From IMG/VR virus record IMGVR_UViG_3300042451_000960: a stretch of DNA of 64,000 nucleotides; one strand, given 5' to 3'. Below are positions 44,533 through 53,380 of the stretch, piece after piece. This DNA comes from a virus. Lineage: Duplodnaviria; Caudoviricetes. The translations under genes and the position numbers were made by a program. The notes under the pieces are model-generated. The model made no database searches and was not told where the DNA came from. It saw only the letters and a program-made list of their open reading frames with translations. How positions within the stretch are numbered: the stretch's first letter is position 1; each line of letters begins with the position of its first letter.

Positions 44533-44646
44533 TTAATGTGGGTATGTGAATGGGTCTCTTTTTTTGAGCTCTTTTATTTTTGTTTTCAATCTTTTTCTAG
44601 TTTGATATTTTTTTATTTTTTCAAATATCCATTTTAAAATTCTCAT
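44533..44646 (-). CDS. Small basic peptide (37 aa)
   Basis: Not in the ORF track. MRILKWIFEKIKKYQTRKRLKTKIKELKKRDPFTYPH fills the gap between the carbamoyltransferase and SGNH genes exactly. Confidence 0.55.
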   Translation of the reverse strand: MRILKWIFEKIKKYQTRKRLKTKIKELKKRDPFTYPH

Positions 44647-44649
44647 ACA

Positions 44650-46332
44650 TTAATGTTTATATATAATAAAATTTCCAATAATTAACAAATCAATATCACT
44701 GTTTAAATATGAATCTACTGCGTTTTTTGGTGTCAAAACCATAGGTCTATCTTTTGTATTAAATGATGTATTTAAAAGAATAGGATGATTCGATAATATT
44801 TCAAATTCTAATAATAGTTTGTGAAACAATGTATTTTTATTTACACTTTGTATTCTAGCTGTTCCATCTACATTTGATACTTCTTTTAAAAGTTTTTTAT
44901 ATTTTCTTTTAACATTAACAATTTTATTCATATATGGTACATCACCAATTGTATTAAAATATTCATTTTGTTTTTCTACAATTACTGCAGGTGCCAATGG
45001 TCTAAAATTTTCTCTTTGTTTTATAATATTATTTATTTTATCTTTTACACCATTTATAAAAGGATTTGCCAATATTGAACGATTTCCCAATGCTCTTTGT
45101 CCAAATTCATTGTGTCCGTGATACCACCCAATTATCTTACCTTCCCATAATAATTTTGCAACAACCTTTAACATTTTTTCTTCAGATGTAAATTGTTTGT
45201 ATTTCAGTTTTCCTATTGCTTCGATTACATTATTATACAAATACGAAGGACCTAAAAATGGGTTTGGTGTTATTTTATATACTTTATTTTTAGAAGCCAA
45301 ATAATTTAAACAAGCTCCAACACAAGAACCAGCATCGGATGGTGCTACTGGTATCCACAATTTTTTGTATTTTGTTCTTTTTAAAATTTTTCCATTTGCC
45401 AAACCATTGTATGCACAACCACCCCCTAATATTAAGTTTTTTATTTCATATTTTTTGTACAAATCATTAAGAATTTTAATTAATATGTTTTCATAGTTTA
45501 GTTGTACAGCTGCAGCCAAATCTTTATGAATTTGAACTATTGGTAAATTTGTATCTTTGGGTTCTATTTCCAACAATTCGCATAACTTAACATTAAACAT
45601 TGAAGAATCTTCTCTATCCCAACAAAAAACTTTCATATTGCATTTTAATGTACCATTTTCATAAGATATTAATTTTTTTACTTTATCCATATAAACATTT
45701 GGATTACCATAAGCTGCCAATCCCATTACCTTATACTCACCTTCATTTGGTTTGAATCCTAAAAATGCAGTCATCGCTGAATAAAATAAACCCAACGAAT
45801 GTGGATACTCTGCAATTGTGTTTTTTTCAGGGACACCATTTTCTATTGTACAAAAAGTTGTTGTATCAAATTCACCAACACCATCTACACTTAAACCTAT
45901 CGCATTATCAAAATTTGAAGTATAATAAGAATAAAATAGATGGGAATTATGATGGTCTGAATAAAATACGTTTTTAGATACTAATTCTAAATTGTTTTTA
46001 CAAGTTATCATTTTTATTTTAAAGCCGATTATAGACTTTACACAATACCAAAAACTTCTATACCAATTATTTTTAAAATTTTGAATTAATCTTTTGTATT
46101 TAAGTTTTGGGTCTTCATAATAACACACTACGTCAATATCTTTTTTTGATAATTTATATGTTTTAAAAATATATCGTATTGAATTAAATGGAAATGAACT
46201 ATCATGCTTTTTGCCTGTAAATTTTTCTTCTTCGCAGGCAAATATTAATTCGCCATTTTTAAACAGGCATGCAGATGAGTCGTGATAATAAGCCGATACT
46301 CCAATTATATAACTATTTTTTTTGGTATCCAT
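44650..46332 (-). CDS. Carbamoyltransferase (CmcH/NodU family)
   Basis: HDSSAC..EEE, HH.SH, DGVGE, HSLG, EYKVMGLAAYG, GGCAYN, DAGS, GQRALGNRS, FRPLAP and LLNTSFN motifs. Confidence 0.93.
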   Translation of the reverse strand: MDTKKNSYIIGVSAYYHDSSACLFKNGELIFACEEEKFTGKKHDSSFPFNSIRYIFKTYKLSKKDIDVVCYYEDPKLKYKRLIQNFKNNWYRSFWYCVKSIIGFKIKMITCKNNLELVSKNVFYSDHHNSHLFYSYYTSNFDNAIGLSVDGVGEFDTTTFCTIENGVPEKNTIAEYPHSLGLFYSAMTAFLGFKPNEGEYKVMGLAAYGNPNVYMDKVKKLISYENGTLKCNMKVFCWDREDSSMFNVKLCELLEIEPKDTNLPIVQIHKDLAAAVQLNYENILIKILNDLYKKYEIKNLILGGGCAYNGLANGKILKRTKYKKLWIPVAPSDAGSCVGACLNYLASKNKVYKITPNPFLGPSYLYNNVIEAIGKLKYKQFTSEEKMLKVVAKLLWEGKIIGWYHGHNEFGQRALGNRSILANPFINGVKDKINNIIKQRENFRPLAPAVIVEKQNEYFNTIGDVPYMNKIVNVKRKYKKLLKEVSNVDGTARIQSVNKNTLFHKLLLEFEILSNHPILLNTSFNTKDRPMVLTPKNAVDSYLNSDIDLLIIGNFIIYKH

Positions 46333-46873
46333 TTGGTGCTATGTTTGAAACAAATTTATTGGTTTGTACAAATACAGGTTCATCTACAAATTTAAAATTA
46401 AGATGATTAATTTTTGCTAACTCCCAATCATATGCCTGAGTAATTTTCGTTTTGGAAAAATGTTCTAATATACTTTCTGCTCCTTTATAAGAAACAAAAT
46501 AAGCATAACATCCAAATTTTGTTCCTAAACTAAATAAATCAAACTCATCGAAATTTATAGAATTCCAATCAAATGAGTTTACAATATCTATATCATCCTC
46601 AATAACCAATAAATTTGTTTTAGATTTTACTGCCATATTAAGTAAACTAATATGACTCATAAAAGTTGCCATCACTGCTTTATCATCAATATTCCATTCG
46701 TGAAAATCGGTATGTGAAAAATATGCATTTTTTATAACTTCAGTAATATCTTCGGAAGTTACCGCATTAAAAAAATCAAAATTCAATCCTATCTTATCTT
46801 TTATTGATAGCATCCAATCTCTACGTTCTTTATCCCTTCTTAATGATATTACATATGTTTTAAAGATGTTCAA
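46313..46873 (-). CDS. GT25-family glycosyltransferase
   Basis: YVISL....RR, FFNAV, SHI.L...LVIEDD and YFVSYKGA motifs. Confidence 0.8.
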   Translation of the reverse strand: MNIFKTYVISLRRDKERRDWMLSIKDKIGLNFDFFNAVTSEDITEVIKNAYFSHTDFHEWNIDDKAVMATFMSHISLLNMAVKSKTNLLVIEDDIDIVNSFDWNSINFDEFDLFSLGTKFGCYAYFVSYKGAESILEHFSKTKITQAYDWELAKINHLNFKFVDEPVFVQTNKFVSNIAPNGYQKK

Positions 46874-47624
46874 AATATATTTCTTTTTTTAATGTTTTTA
46901 ATTTATACTTTTCTAAATCATTTTCTTCTTCGTTCCACCAATCATAACCATGTTGTTTTGCGCCAATAACTAATGGTTCATAGTTTTTTATGTAACTATC
47001 AAAATCTGCATTTGAAAATATAAATACTGATAATTCATCTGGAACAGTTTGTAATTTATACTCATCTATTATTTCTAATAAATCTTCTACTATTGTTTTA
47101 TCGGCACAATAAAAAAATCCGGTGTTTGGTATTATATAATTACCCTCTTTTGTGTAGGAGTATTTTTCTATAAACAATTTTAGTTTTTTAAAAAACTTTT
47201 GCATTAAATCATCTTTAATATTATTCAATAAATAATCAAATGCTTTGGTTGGATAGGTGTATAATGGAACTTGTAAATCACATTCTCTATCTCTTAGTAA
47301 TTTATAAAAGTTATCATCAATTTCTTTTATCTTTCTAACATCCCAATCTAAAAAAACAATTTCGGAATATGTTTCCATTGCTATATCAATTCCTTTTATT
47401 TTGTGAATCAAACTTCTATGATGTTTAAACGTATGTGCATTAGCTATTGTATAATCGTATGGTTGCATATCTATCAAATCACAATTGTATCCCAACTCTT
47501 TTAGCTTAACATAGTTATCGTATCCCCATACAAATACCTTTTCATCTAAATTATCTTTTTTAGCTTCAATAATTTGTTTTTCGTATCTATTATAATCTCC
47601 CCAAAATATTCTTATAAACTGCAT
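46860..47624 (-). CDS. GT-A-like DxD protein (paralog of 42355..43149)
   Basis: VFLDWD motif; see paralog. Confidence 0.5.
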   Translation of the reverse strand: MQFIRIFWGDYNRYEKQIIEAKKDNLDEKVFVWGYDNYVKLKELGYNCDLIDMQPYDYTIANAHTFKHHRSLIHKIKGIDIAMETYSEIVFLDWDVRKIKEIDDNFYKLLRDRECDLQVPLYTYPTKAFDYLLNNIKDDLMQKFFKKLKLFIEKYSYTKEGNYIIPNTGFFYCADKTIVEDLLEIIDEYKLQTVPDELSVFIFSNADFDSYIKNYEPLVIGAKQHGYDWWNEEENDLEKYKLKTLKKEIYFEHL

Positions 47625-48541
47625 AACATTTTTATTTCTTTATTATAACGATTACAATACTCTAACATCATTTCTTTATCATCGTTAAAATGTGCTTTTA
47701 AATACCAAAGATGCTCCCAACTAAATTTATCTACATTATCCGTGTCAATAAATTGAAACCAAGGTTCTGACATTCCTTTGTATCTTTGTGTTGAATCGGT
47801 GTGGTCACTATCACTTAAAAATACTCTATTTGTAATTGTACCCACATTGTAGTTACCTTCTCTTATACAATGTCCTAATATACCTTGGTCTGTCATTAAC
47901 CAAAACCATTCAGGAACTTCAACCCCTTTATTATCAACCAATTTAGAATGTGCATTAACATATTCTTTAACCAAATTCAAATTATTAAAATACATAAATG
48001 ATGTATTTGGCGTTAATGAGTTACAATTATAGTTTTCAGGAAAGCGGCAATGTTTAATTTCTTTCTGAAATTGGTATTTGGTAAAATAATAATATCCTCT
48101 TGGTATTTCCCAATATCCTATTATTAAGTCAAATTGTTTTAATCTATATTCATTTATTTTTTCCCTTACAATAAAATCATTATCTATAAAAACAAATGGC
48201 TCAGTTTCATATTGTAAACAATTTATTTTACCACTTGTCCAAAAATATGCAGCATCTACATCATTGTAATTATCTAATATATCAGTATCAACTTCATCAT
48301 AAAGTTCTAACAAACCAATCGCATCATAATATGCTTTACCAATACTATCGGTGTACAATTTTATAGGCCCATTCCACTTTTTCCAATTTAATATTGAAAG
48401 TTTAGTAACTAATATTTGATAAGTTGGTAATGAATACTCTTTTGATTTGTTGTTTTTAAAAACTTTAAATCCATGTCCTCGTAACCTATCTTTTTCAAAA
48501 AATGGTTTAGTCCAATTTATATGTATTGCTTTTATTGACAT
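47612..48541 (-). CDS. GT-A-like DxD protein (DUF6734-like)
   Basis: LYTD..G, FWTSGKI..L....PFVFIDND pattern. Confidence 0.5.
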   Translation of the reverse strand: MSIKAIHINWTKPFFEKDRLRGHGFKVFKNNKSKEYSLPTYQILVTKLSILNWKKWNGPIKLYTDSIGKAYYDAIGLLELYDEVDTDILDNYNDVDAAYFWTSGKINCLQYETEPFVFIDNDFIVREKINEYRLKQFDLIIGYWEIPRGYYYFTKYQFQKEIKHCRFPENYNCNSLTPNTSFMYFNNLNLVKEYVNAHSKLVDNKGVEVPEWFWLMTDQGILGHCIREGNYNVGTITNRVFLSDSDHTDSTQRYKGMSEPWFQFIDTDNVDKFSWEHLWYLKAHFNDDKEMMLEYCNRYNKEIKMLCSL

Positions 48542-49398
48542 AGTTTATGTAACAATGGAAGTAATTCTGGATTATGTTGTTTTGTTAATCCTATTATTTC
48601 ACCTTTTATAATTAAAAATTTGTTAGTTCCTTCTGTTGCATACATTTTCTCAACACTTAAATGTCTATAATATTCTTCTGTTTGTTTTGGACTTAAAAAT
48701 CCCTCTATTATTTCTGGGTCACATTTTCCCGTAACATCGTTAAACTTTTGATTCATTAACAAATTCCAATTCCAATTATTTACCAATGCTAACTCATATA
48801 ATATTGTTTGTTCCAAAAATACACTATGCCCTTGTGTTAATTCTTTATCATTAATTTGCTTCATATATGAAAGACACATATCCGTATATTTTTTTGCAAC
48901 ATCCGAATTTCTTACATAAAAAAAGCATGTGTTATGTGCCGTATCTTTAAATGTAAACTCTTTTGGAAAATTTAATTCTTTAAAAGTCTTATCGTAATAT
49001 GGTGGATAGTAATTTTTTGTGTTTTCTGCAAAAGCACAAACATAATCATAATTAGTATAGTCCGATAATCTTTTTTTAATGTAGAAATCCATATCCATAA
49101 AAGTAAATGGAGTTTCTAAATGTTGAAACAATCGTATTTTATCAATTGTCCAAAAAGCTTTACGATTATAAATGTCTTGGGTTTGGTGAATGGATGTATC
49201 TACGTTATCCCAAAATTGAAGTAAATCAACTTCGGTAAGATATTTTTTTACCGATTCATCACAATACAAATAGGTTGGAACTTCTGGGTAGAATTTTTTC
49301 CACAAAGTAATTGATGCAAATACAGTTATAAGTTCTAACTTTGAAAATTTAAAAGATTTGGTCCAATCATTATTTCCATACGCCCATACAGCTTTCAT
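48532..49398 (-). CDS. GT-A-like DxD protein (DUF6734-like)
   Basis: LYCD, FWTIDKI.LF.....PFTFMDMD and EQ..L pattern; paralog of 47612..48541. Confidence 0.5.
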   Translation of the reverse strand: MKAVWAYGNNDWTKSFKFSKLELITVFASITLWKKFYPEVPTYLYCDESVKKYLTEVDLLQFWDNVDTSIHQTQDIYNRKAFWTIDKIRLFQHLETPFTFMDMDFYIKKRLSDYTNYDYVCAFAENTKNYYPPYYDKTFKELNFPKEFTFKDTAHNTCFFYVRNSDVAKKYTDMCLSYMKQINDKELTQGHSVFLEQTILYELALVNNWNWNLLMNQKFNDVTGKCDPEIIEGFLSPKQTEEYYRHLSVEKMYATEGTNKFLIIKGEIIGLTKQHNPELLPLLHKLCQ

Positions 49399-49413
49399 AA
49401 CATTTATTTATAA

Positions 49414-49842
49414 CTATGCAAAATACGCTCTTAAATTAAGAACTCCACTTTGATTCCAATTCACATTTGGGGCAGAGCCATACGAAAATACACCACCACC
49501 TTCATAAAACCAATATTGAAAATTATAAGGATATATACCTTGTGCATATATTGATGTGTAAGGATAATCTCCACTTCTAAACCATGGGCTTAAATAACTA
49601 CCAAAAATTTGACCGCTATTAACTGGGTAAGTCATTTGAACCCATCCCCTAGAACCATCATCAGGCATTATCCTATATCTCCACAATCCTTGGTTTTGGA
49701 ATGCACTTAAGCTTCTAAATCCAACACTATAAGGATATACCGTATCCTTAATAGTTTCTATATCAATATTAGGTCCACCATATCCAAACCCATCTCTAAG
49801 CGTAGACATTGGAACAGAACTACCTATACTAAAATTTGCCAT
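49414..49842 (-). CDS. Hypothetical protein (possibly virion-associated)
   Basis: Gly/aromatic-rich beta-type sequence at the end of the tail operon. Confidence 0.4.
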   Translation of the reverse strand: MANFSIGSSVPMSTLRDGFGYGGPNIDIETIKDTVYPYSVGFRSLSAFQNQGLWRYRIMPDDGSRGWVQMTYPVNSGQIFGSYLSPWFRSGDYPYTSIYAQGIYPYNFQYWFYEGGGVFSYGSAPNVNWNQSGVLNLRAYFA

Positions 49843-49846
49843 TTAA

Positions 49847-50389
49847 CTAACTATTTATTACGTTTTCTTCACCAAAAATCCCTTTGAACTCCGATGTAAC
49901 TACATTGTACATATATGGAAAAACATTACCTGTAATAAGTTCTTTATTTAATATATCTTGCTCTTTTATTTCTGTTCCTATTTGTACAGATTGTGAAAAG
50001 TATTCCCATTTAAATTTTTCAACAACATCTCCATTATCATCAAAATCGTAATAACTTATACTTTGACTGGTAATGTGATTGGTGTAAATTGGCACCTCAA
50101 CATTTGCAGATGATGTGAGTGGAATATTTATTAATGTTGGATATGTTATTGTTTCCATAGAACCACTTAACATAATATCAACACCAATAATATTATAATC
50201 CATAAAATTAACAGGATATTCTATTAATTCATTTGATTTTGCTCCTCTACTATTTGTATAAAGTGCAATTGTAGTAACTAAATTACCAGAATTTCTATTA
50301 TATCTAAAAGAATCTATTCTCCCATATAAAGAATCAAGTTCACCATATACAGTAGTAATAAATTTTGAACCTGTTATTGTAAATCCCAT
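49847..50389 (-). CDS. Hypothetical protein (possibly virion-associated)
   Basis: Intact ORF at the end of the baseplate operon. Confidence 0.45.
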   Translation of the reverse strand: MGFTITGSKFITTVYGELDSLYGRIDSFRYNRNSGNLVTTIALYTNSRGAKSNELIEYPVNFMDYNIIGVDIMLSGSMETITYPTLINIPLTSSANVEVPIYTNHITSQSISYYDFDDNGDVVEKFKWEYFSQSVQIGTEIKEQDILNKELITGNVFPYMYNVVTSEFKGIFGEENVINS

Positions 50390-50409
50390 AATTTATTTTT
50401 TATTAAATA

Positions 50410-50769
50410 TTAATCTTTTGGTTTTCTAAATTGTAAAAGATTTGGTAAATATAATGACAAAGCTTTCAACTTTTTTACACCCAAAAGTATTGATTTTGAA
50501 TTTGCATCTTTAATTTGTTCATCAGTACCAATTATTTTCCAGTCAATTGATGTAGTTTGATAAAATGTATTATTTCCAAAAACATCAAATGCATTCTGGT
50601 CTATTTCATAAACAGGTGCAGTTTCATCATTTATTTTTTGGACAAAATACCTTGTTATATATCCTCTCTTATAATCAAATTCATTTGGATTTGGTTTAAA
50701 TGCTTTGATTCTAATAGGTTTAAAGTTTATATCCTTTTTTATTATCTTATCGTATCTTTCTTTACTCAT
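50410..50769 (-). CDS. Hypothetical protein, baseplate region
   Basis: PNEFDYKRGYITRYFVQKIN. Start reassigned to ATG at 50769, adjacent to the upstream stop. Confidence 0.5.
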   Translation of the reverse strand: MSKERYDKIIKKDINFKPIRIKAFKPNPNEFDYKRGYITRYFVQKINDETAPVYEIDQNAFDVFGNNTFYQTTSIDWKIIGTDEQIKDANSKSILLGVKKLKALSLYLPNLLQFRKPKD

Positions 50770-50770
50770 A

Positions 50771-53065
50771 TTATTTTCTTTCAACTCTAAATCCACCTTC
50801 AACTTCAGTTTTCCAAACCATATCTTGTACAATATGCTTTACAGCAGTTACTTGAAAAAATCCTCCGGTTGCATATTGTCTTGGAATACCATTTACTTTA
50901 AATTTCTGTCCTCTTGTTATACCACTAACTCCATGTATTGTAAATGTAAATTTTATTGGTAGTAATGCTGATGTTCCTTGTTTAGATGTTTCATCAACTT
51001 TATCTTTTCCAAATTTGAGTGTATCAAAAACTACTTGGTCATTATAACAAGCTACATATGCAATTTCTTCTAATTTTCCAGAAGGAACAGAACTTACATG
51101 TTCAACTTTTGGATATATTCCAATTTTATTTAAAAATAACTGAAGATTTTTTTCTTTCAATTTTTCTTCATCTTCGGAAGTACCTCCTGTTGTTGTACTT
51201 TTAGTATTATCTGTTTGTTTTTGTTTTTTCTTAATTTCTGTTAATACCAAATCCTGCATACCTTTCGCAAATAGATTACCTTTTATTGATGGTAAACTAC
51301 CATTCATTTTTGTTGATAATCTATTACCTATAATTTGGCTCATTTTAGCACCACTCATTTCCATATCAAATGATGCATCCATAAAAATAGAATCACTACC
51401 TATTACATTAAAAGTAACAGGTTCTGAACCTACTTTGTCAGATGAAAGATTTAATTCAATAATATCTAATTGAGTTGATTTTTTATCATCGGATTCGTTT
51501 TCTATAATTTGAAAATCCCACATACCACCTGCTGCCGATGACATTCCGTTTAGAATTTGATATACTGCATCTTTTACTGAAAAGTTTTTTGATTCCAATA
51601 TTGGTTTAACAAAATCAAAATTTACATAAAGATTATCCAAATAACCCCATGTATAAGCTTCTCTTTGTAAACCTTCCACATCATCTTGACCTGATGGTTG
51701 TAATTGTCTTTCTGGTTTACTTTTACCAACGCCATTTTCAATCTTACCTTCTTCAGGAAATAAAACAATAGTTTCTCCATCTTTTACACTGCAATCATTT
51801 GTATTTGTAAATGTGGTTTGTGGACTATCCGTATTTGCTGCTTGGAATAATGAAAACGCTGGTGTAAACTTATTTGGTATTAATAGCTTCTTTTTATCAG
51901 TACTAAATATTTTTTGAAATGCTGAACATACCGTTCTATAAGAATTTACTGTTGCCTTTACATCTATATTTTTAAGTGTAAATGCTTCCAATCCCATTTC
52001 ATTAATTATAGCCATTAACGTACCAAATCTTATGAAACTCTCATCACCTACCAATTTTGTTCCAGATGGTACTTCAACATCACCTTCACCCGTTGATACT
52101 TCTTCATCATTTACAGACAATCCAAAAAATTCAGTACCACCACCTAAAGAATTTAAAGATTCTTTTACATTTTCATCAAAATTAATAAAATTTGCTGCAT
52201 TTGCTATTTCTTTATTACTTAACAAATTTTTTACAGCAGTTGATTGTCTTGAACTTGGTAGATTATTAAACATCATCTTAAATCTCTTTTTACCCAAATC
52301 ACTCTCACCACTTATTTCAGATGGTTTAAATGCTAATGTATCTTCATCTTCTCCATCTTTTGGAGCATCACCTTCAGCTTCGTGATTATCAGATGCCATC
52401 AAATATGCTGGTAGTTCGGTGAATCCCGTACACTTAATGTTTATATTCCATGTCGAACCTTCCATTGATATACTTCCACCTGTAATAAATCCTAAGTAAT
52501 TATCATACATCCCATTACACTTCTTTCTTTTTTCATTTACTTTTGTAAACGATTGATTTTCTGCAACATTTTCTGCAGTTAATCTAGCGCTATATGCGTT
52601 TAACGAATCCGGTACATTCCAGCCCCATTCTAAAAAAATAGTATAACCAGGTTCTAAAAAATATTTACATAATGTATTTAATTGTGCCTCAGTATATGCG
52701 GTTATTGTAAACGATGCTTTTCTACTTAAATTTCCAGCTCCCTCATCTATTTCAATTGAGGTAACATTTGGTTTTGGTCTATATCCAATATCACCACCAG
52801 AACTTAGTCCACCAATAATTGCACTGCCAGCCCAAGTTGTTCCCAAAGTTCCACTTGATGTACCAGAACCATAAACTGCTTTTTCTCCAGCAGCTGCAAA
52901 TAAAGAATAATTTGGATTTGAAATCATAGATAATCCACCCCCCGCCGCAGAAGAAATTCTAACCCATGCATTGTATTTATTTACTACAGATGGGTCTTTA
53001 ATTCTTTTATTTAATTCACCTCTAACATACTTTGGTACGTTAGAAAAATTAGGAAATGATGACAT
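50771..53065 (-). CDS. Baseplate hub protein (gp27/gpD-like)
   Basis: Position after the LysM gene; PNVTSIEI...RKASFTI...FLEPGYTIFLEWGW and C-terminal FQVTAVKHIVQDMVWKTEVEG. Confidence 0.6.
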   Translation of the reverse strand: MSSFPNFSNVPKYVRGELNKRIKDPSVVNKYNAWVRISSAAGGGLSMISNPNYSLFAAAGEKAVYGSGTSSGTLGTTWAGSAIIGGLSSGGDIGYRPKPNVTSIEIDEGAGNLSRKASFTITAYTEAQLNTLCKYFLEPGYTIFLEWGWNVPDSLNAYSARLTAENVAENQSFTKVNEKRKKCNGMYDNYLGFITGGSISMEGSTWNINIKCTGFTELPAYLMASDNHEAEGDAPKDGEDEDTLAFKPSEISGESDLGKKRFKMMFNNLPSSRQSTAVKNLLSNKEIANAANFINFDENVKESLNSLGGGTEFFGLSVNDEEVSTGEGDVEVPSGTKLVGDESFIRFGTLMAIINEMGLEAFTLKNIDVKATVNSYRTVCSAFQKIFSTDKKKLLIPNKFTPAFSLFQAANTDSPQTTFTNTNDCSVKDGETIVLFPEEGKIENGVGKSKPERQLQPSGQDDVEGLQREAYTWGYLDNLYVNFDFVKPILESKNFSVKDAVYQILNGMSSAAGGMWDFQIIENESDDKKSTQLDIIELNLSSDKVGSEPVTFNVIGSDSIFMDASFDMEMSGAKMSQIIGNRLSTKMNGSLPSIKGNLFAKGMQDLVLTEIKKKQKQTDNTKSTTTGGTSEDEEKLKEKNLQLFLNKIGIYPKVEHVSSVPSGKLEEIAYVACYNDQVVFDTLKFGKDKVDETSKQGTSALLPIKFTFTIHGVSGITRGQKFKVNGIPRQYATGGFFQVTAVKHIVQDMVWKTEVEGGFRVERK

Positions 53066-53074
53066 ATTATAACT

Positions 53075-53365
53075 TTATTTATTAAAATTTCTTTGTATCT
53101 CAATATAATTAGATGGTATTCTTAAAATCGTTCCATCTTTTATACCTAATGGTGCATTGTGAATATTATTAGCTGTTGCTATAATCCACCATAATGTTTG
53201 GTCTTTATAATATTGATATGCTAGTGTATCGAGTCTATCACCTGTTTCTGTTATTATATATACATCATCATCCCTTAATGGAATATTTGGATATATTTTA
53301 CTTCTATATACCTGCTTACCATCAAAGGTTTTTTTTATTTCGTTATTTTCGTATCTACTAACCAT
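53075..53365 (-). CDS. LysM-domain baseplate protein (gpX/gp53-like)
   Basis: GDRLDTLAYQYYKDQTLWWIIATAN...G.ILRIP. Confidence 0.85.
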   Translation of the reverse strand: MVSRYENNEIKKTFDGKQVYRSKIYPNIPLRDDDVYIITETGDRLDTLAYQYYKDQTLWWIIATANNIHNAPLGIKDGTILRIPSNYIEIQRNFNK

Positions 53366-53380
53366 CGTATATTATGTTAT

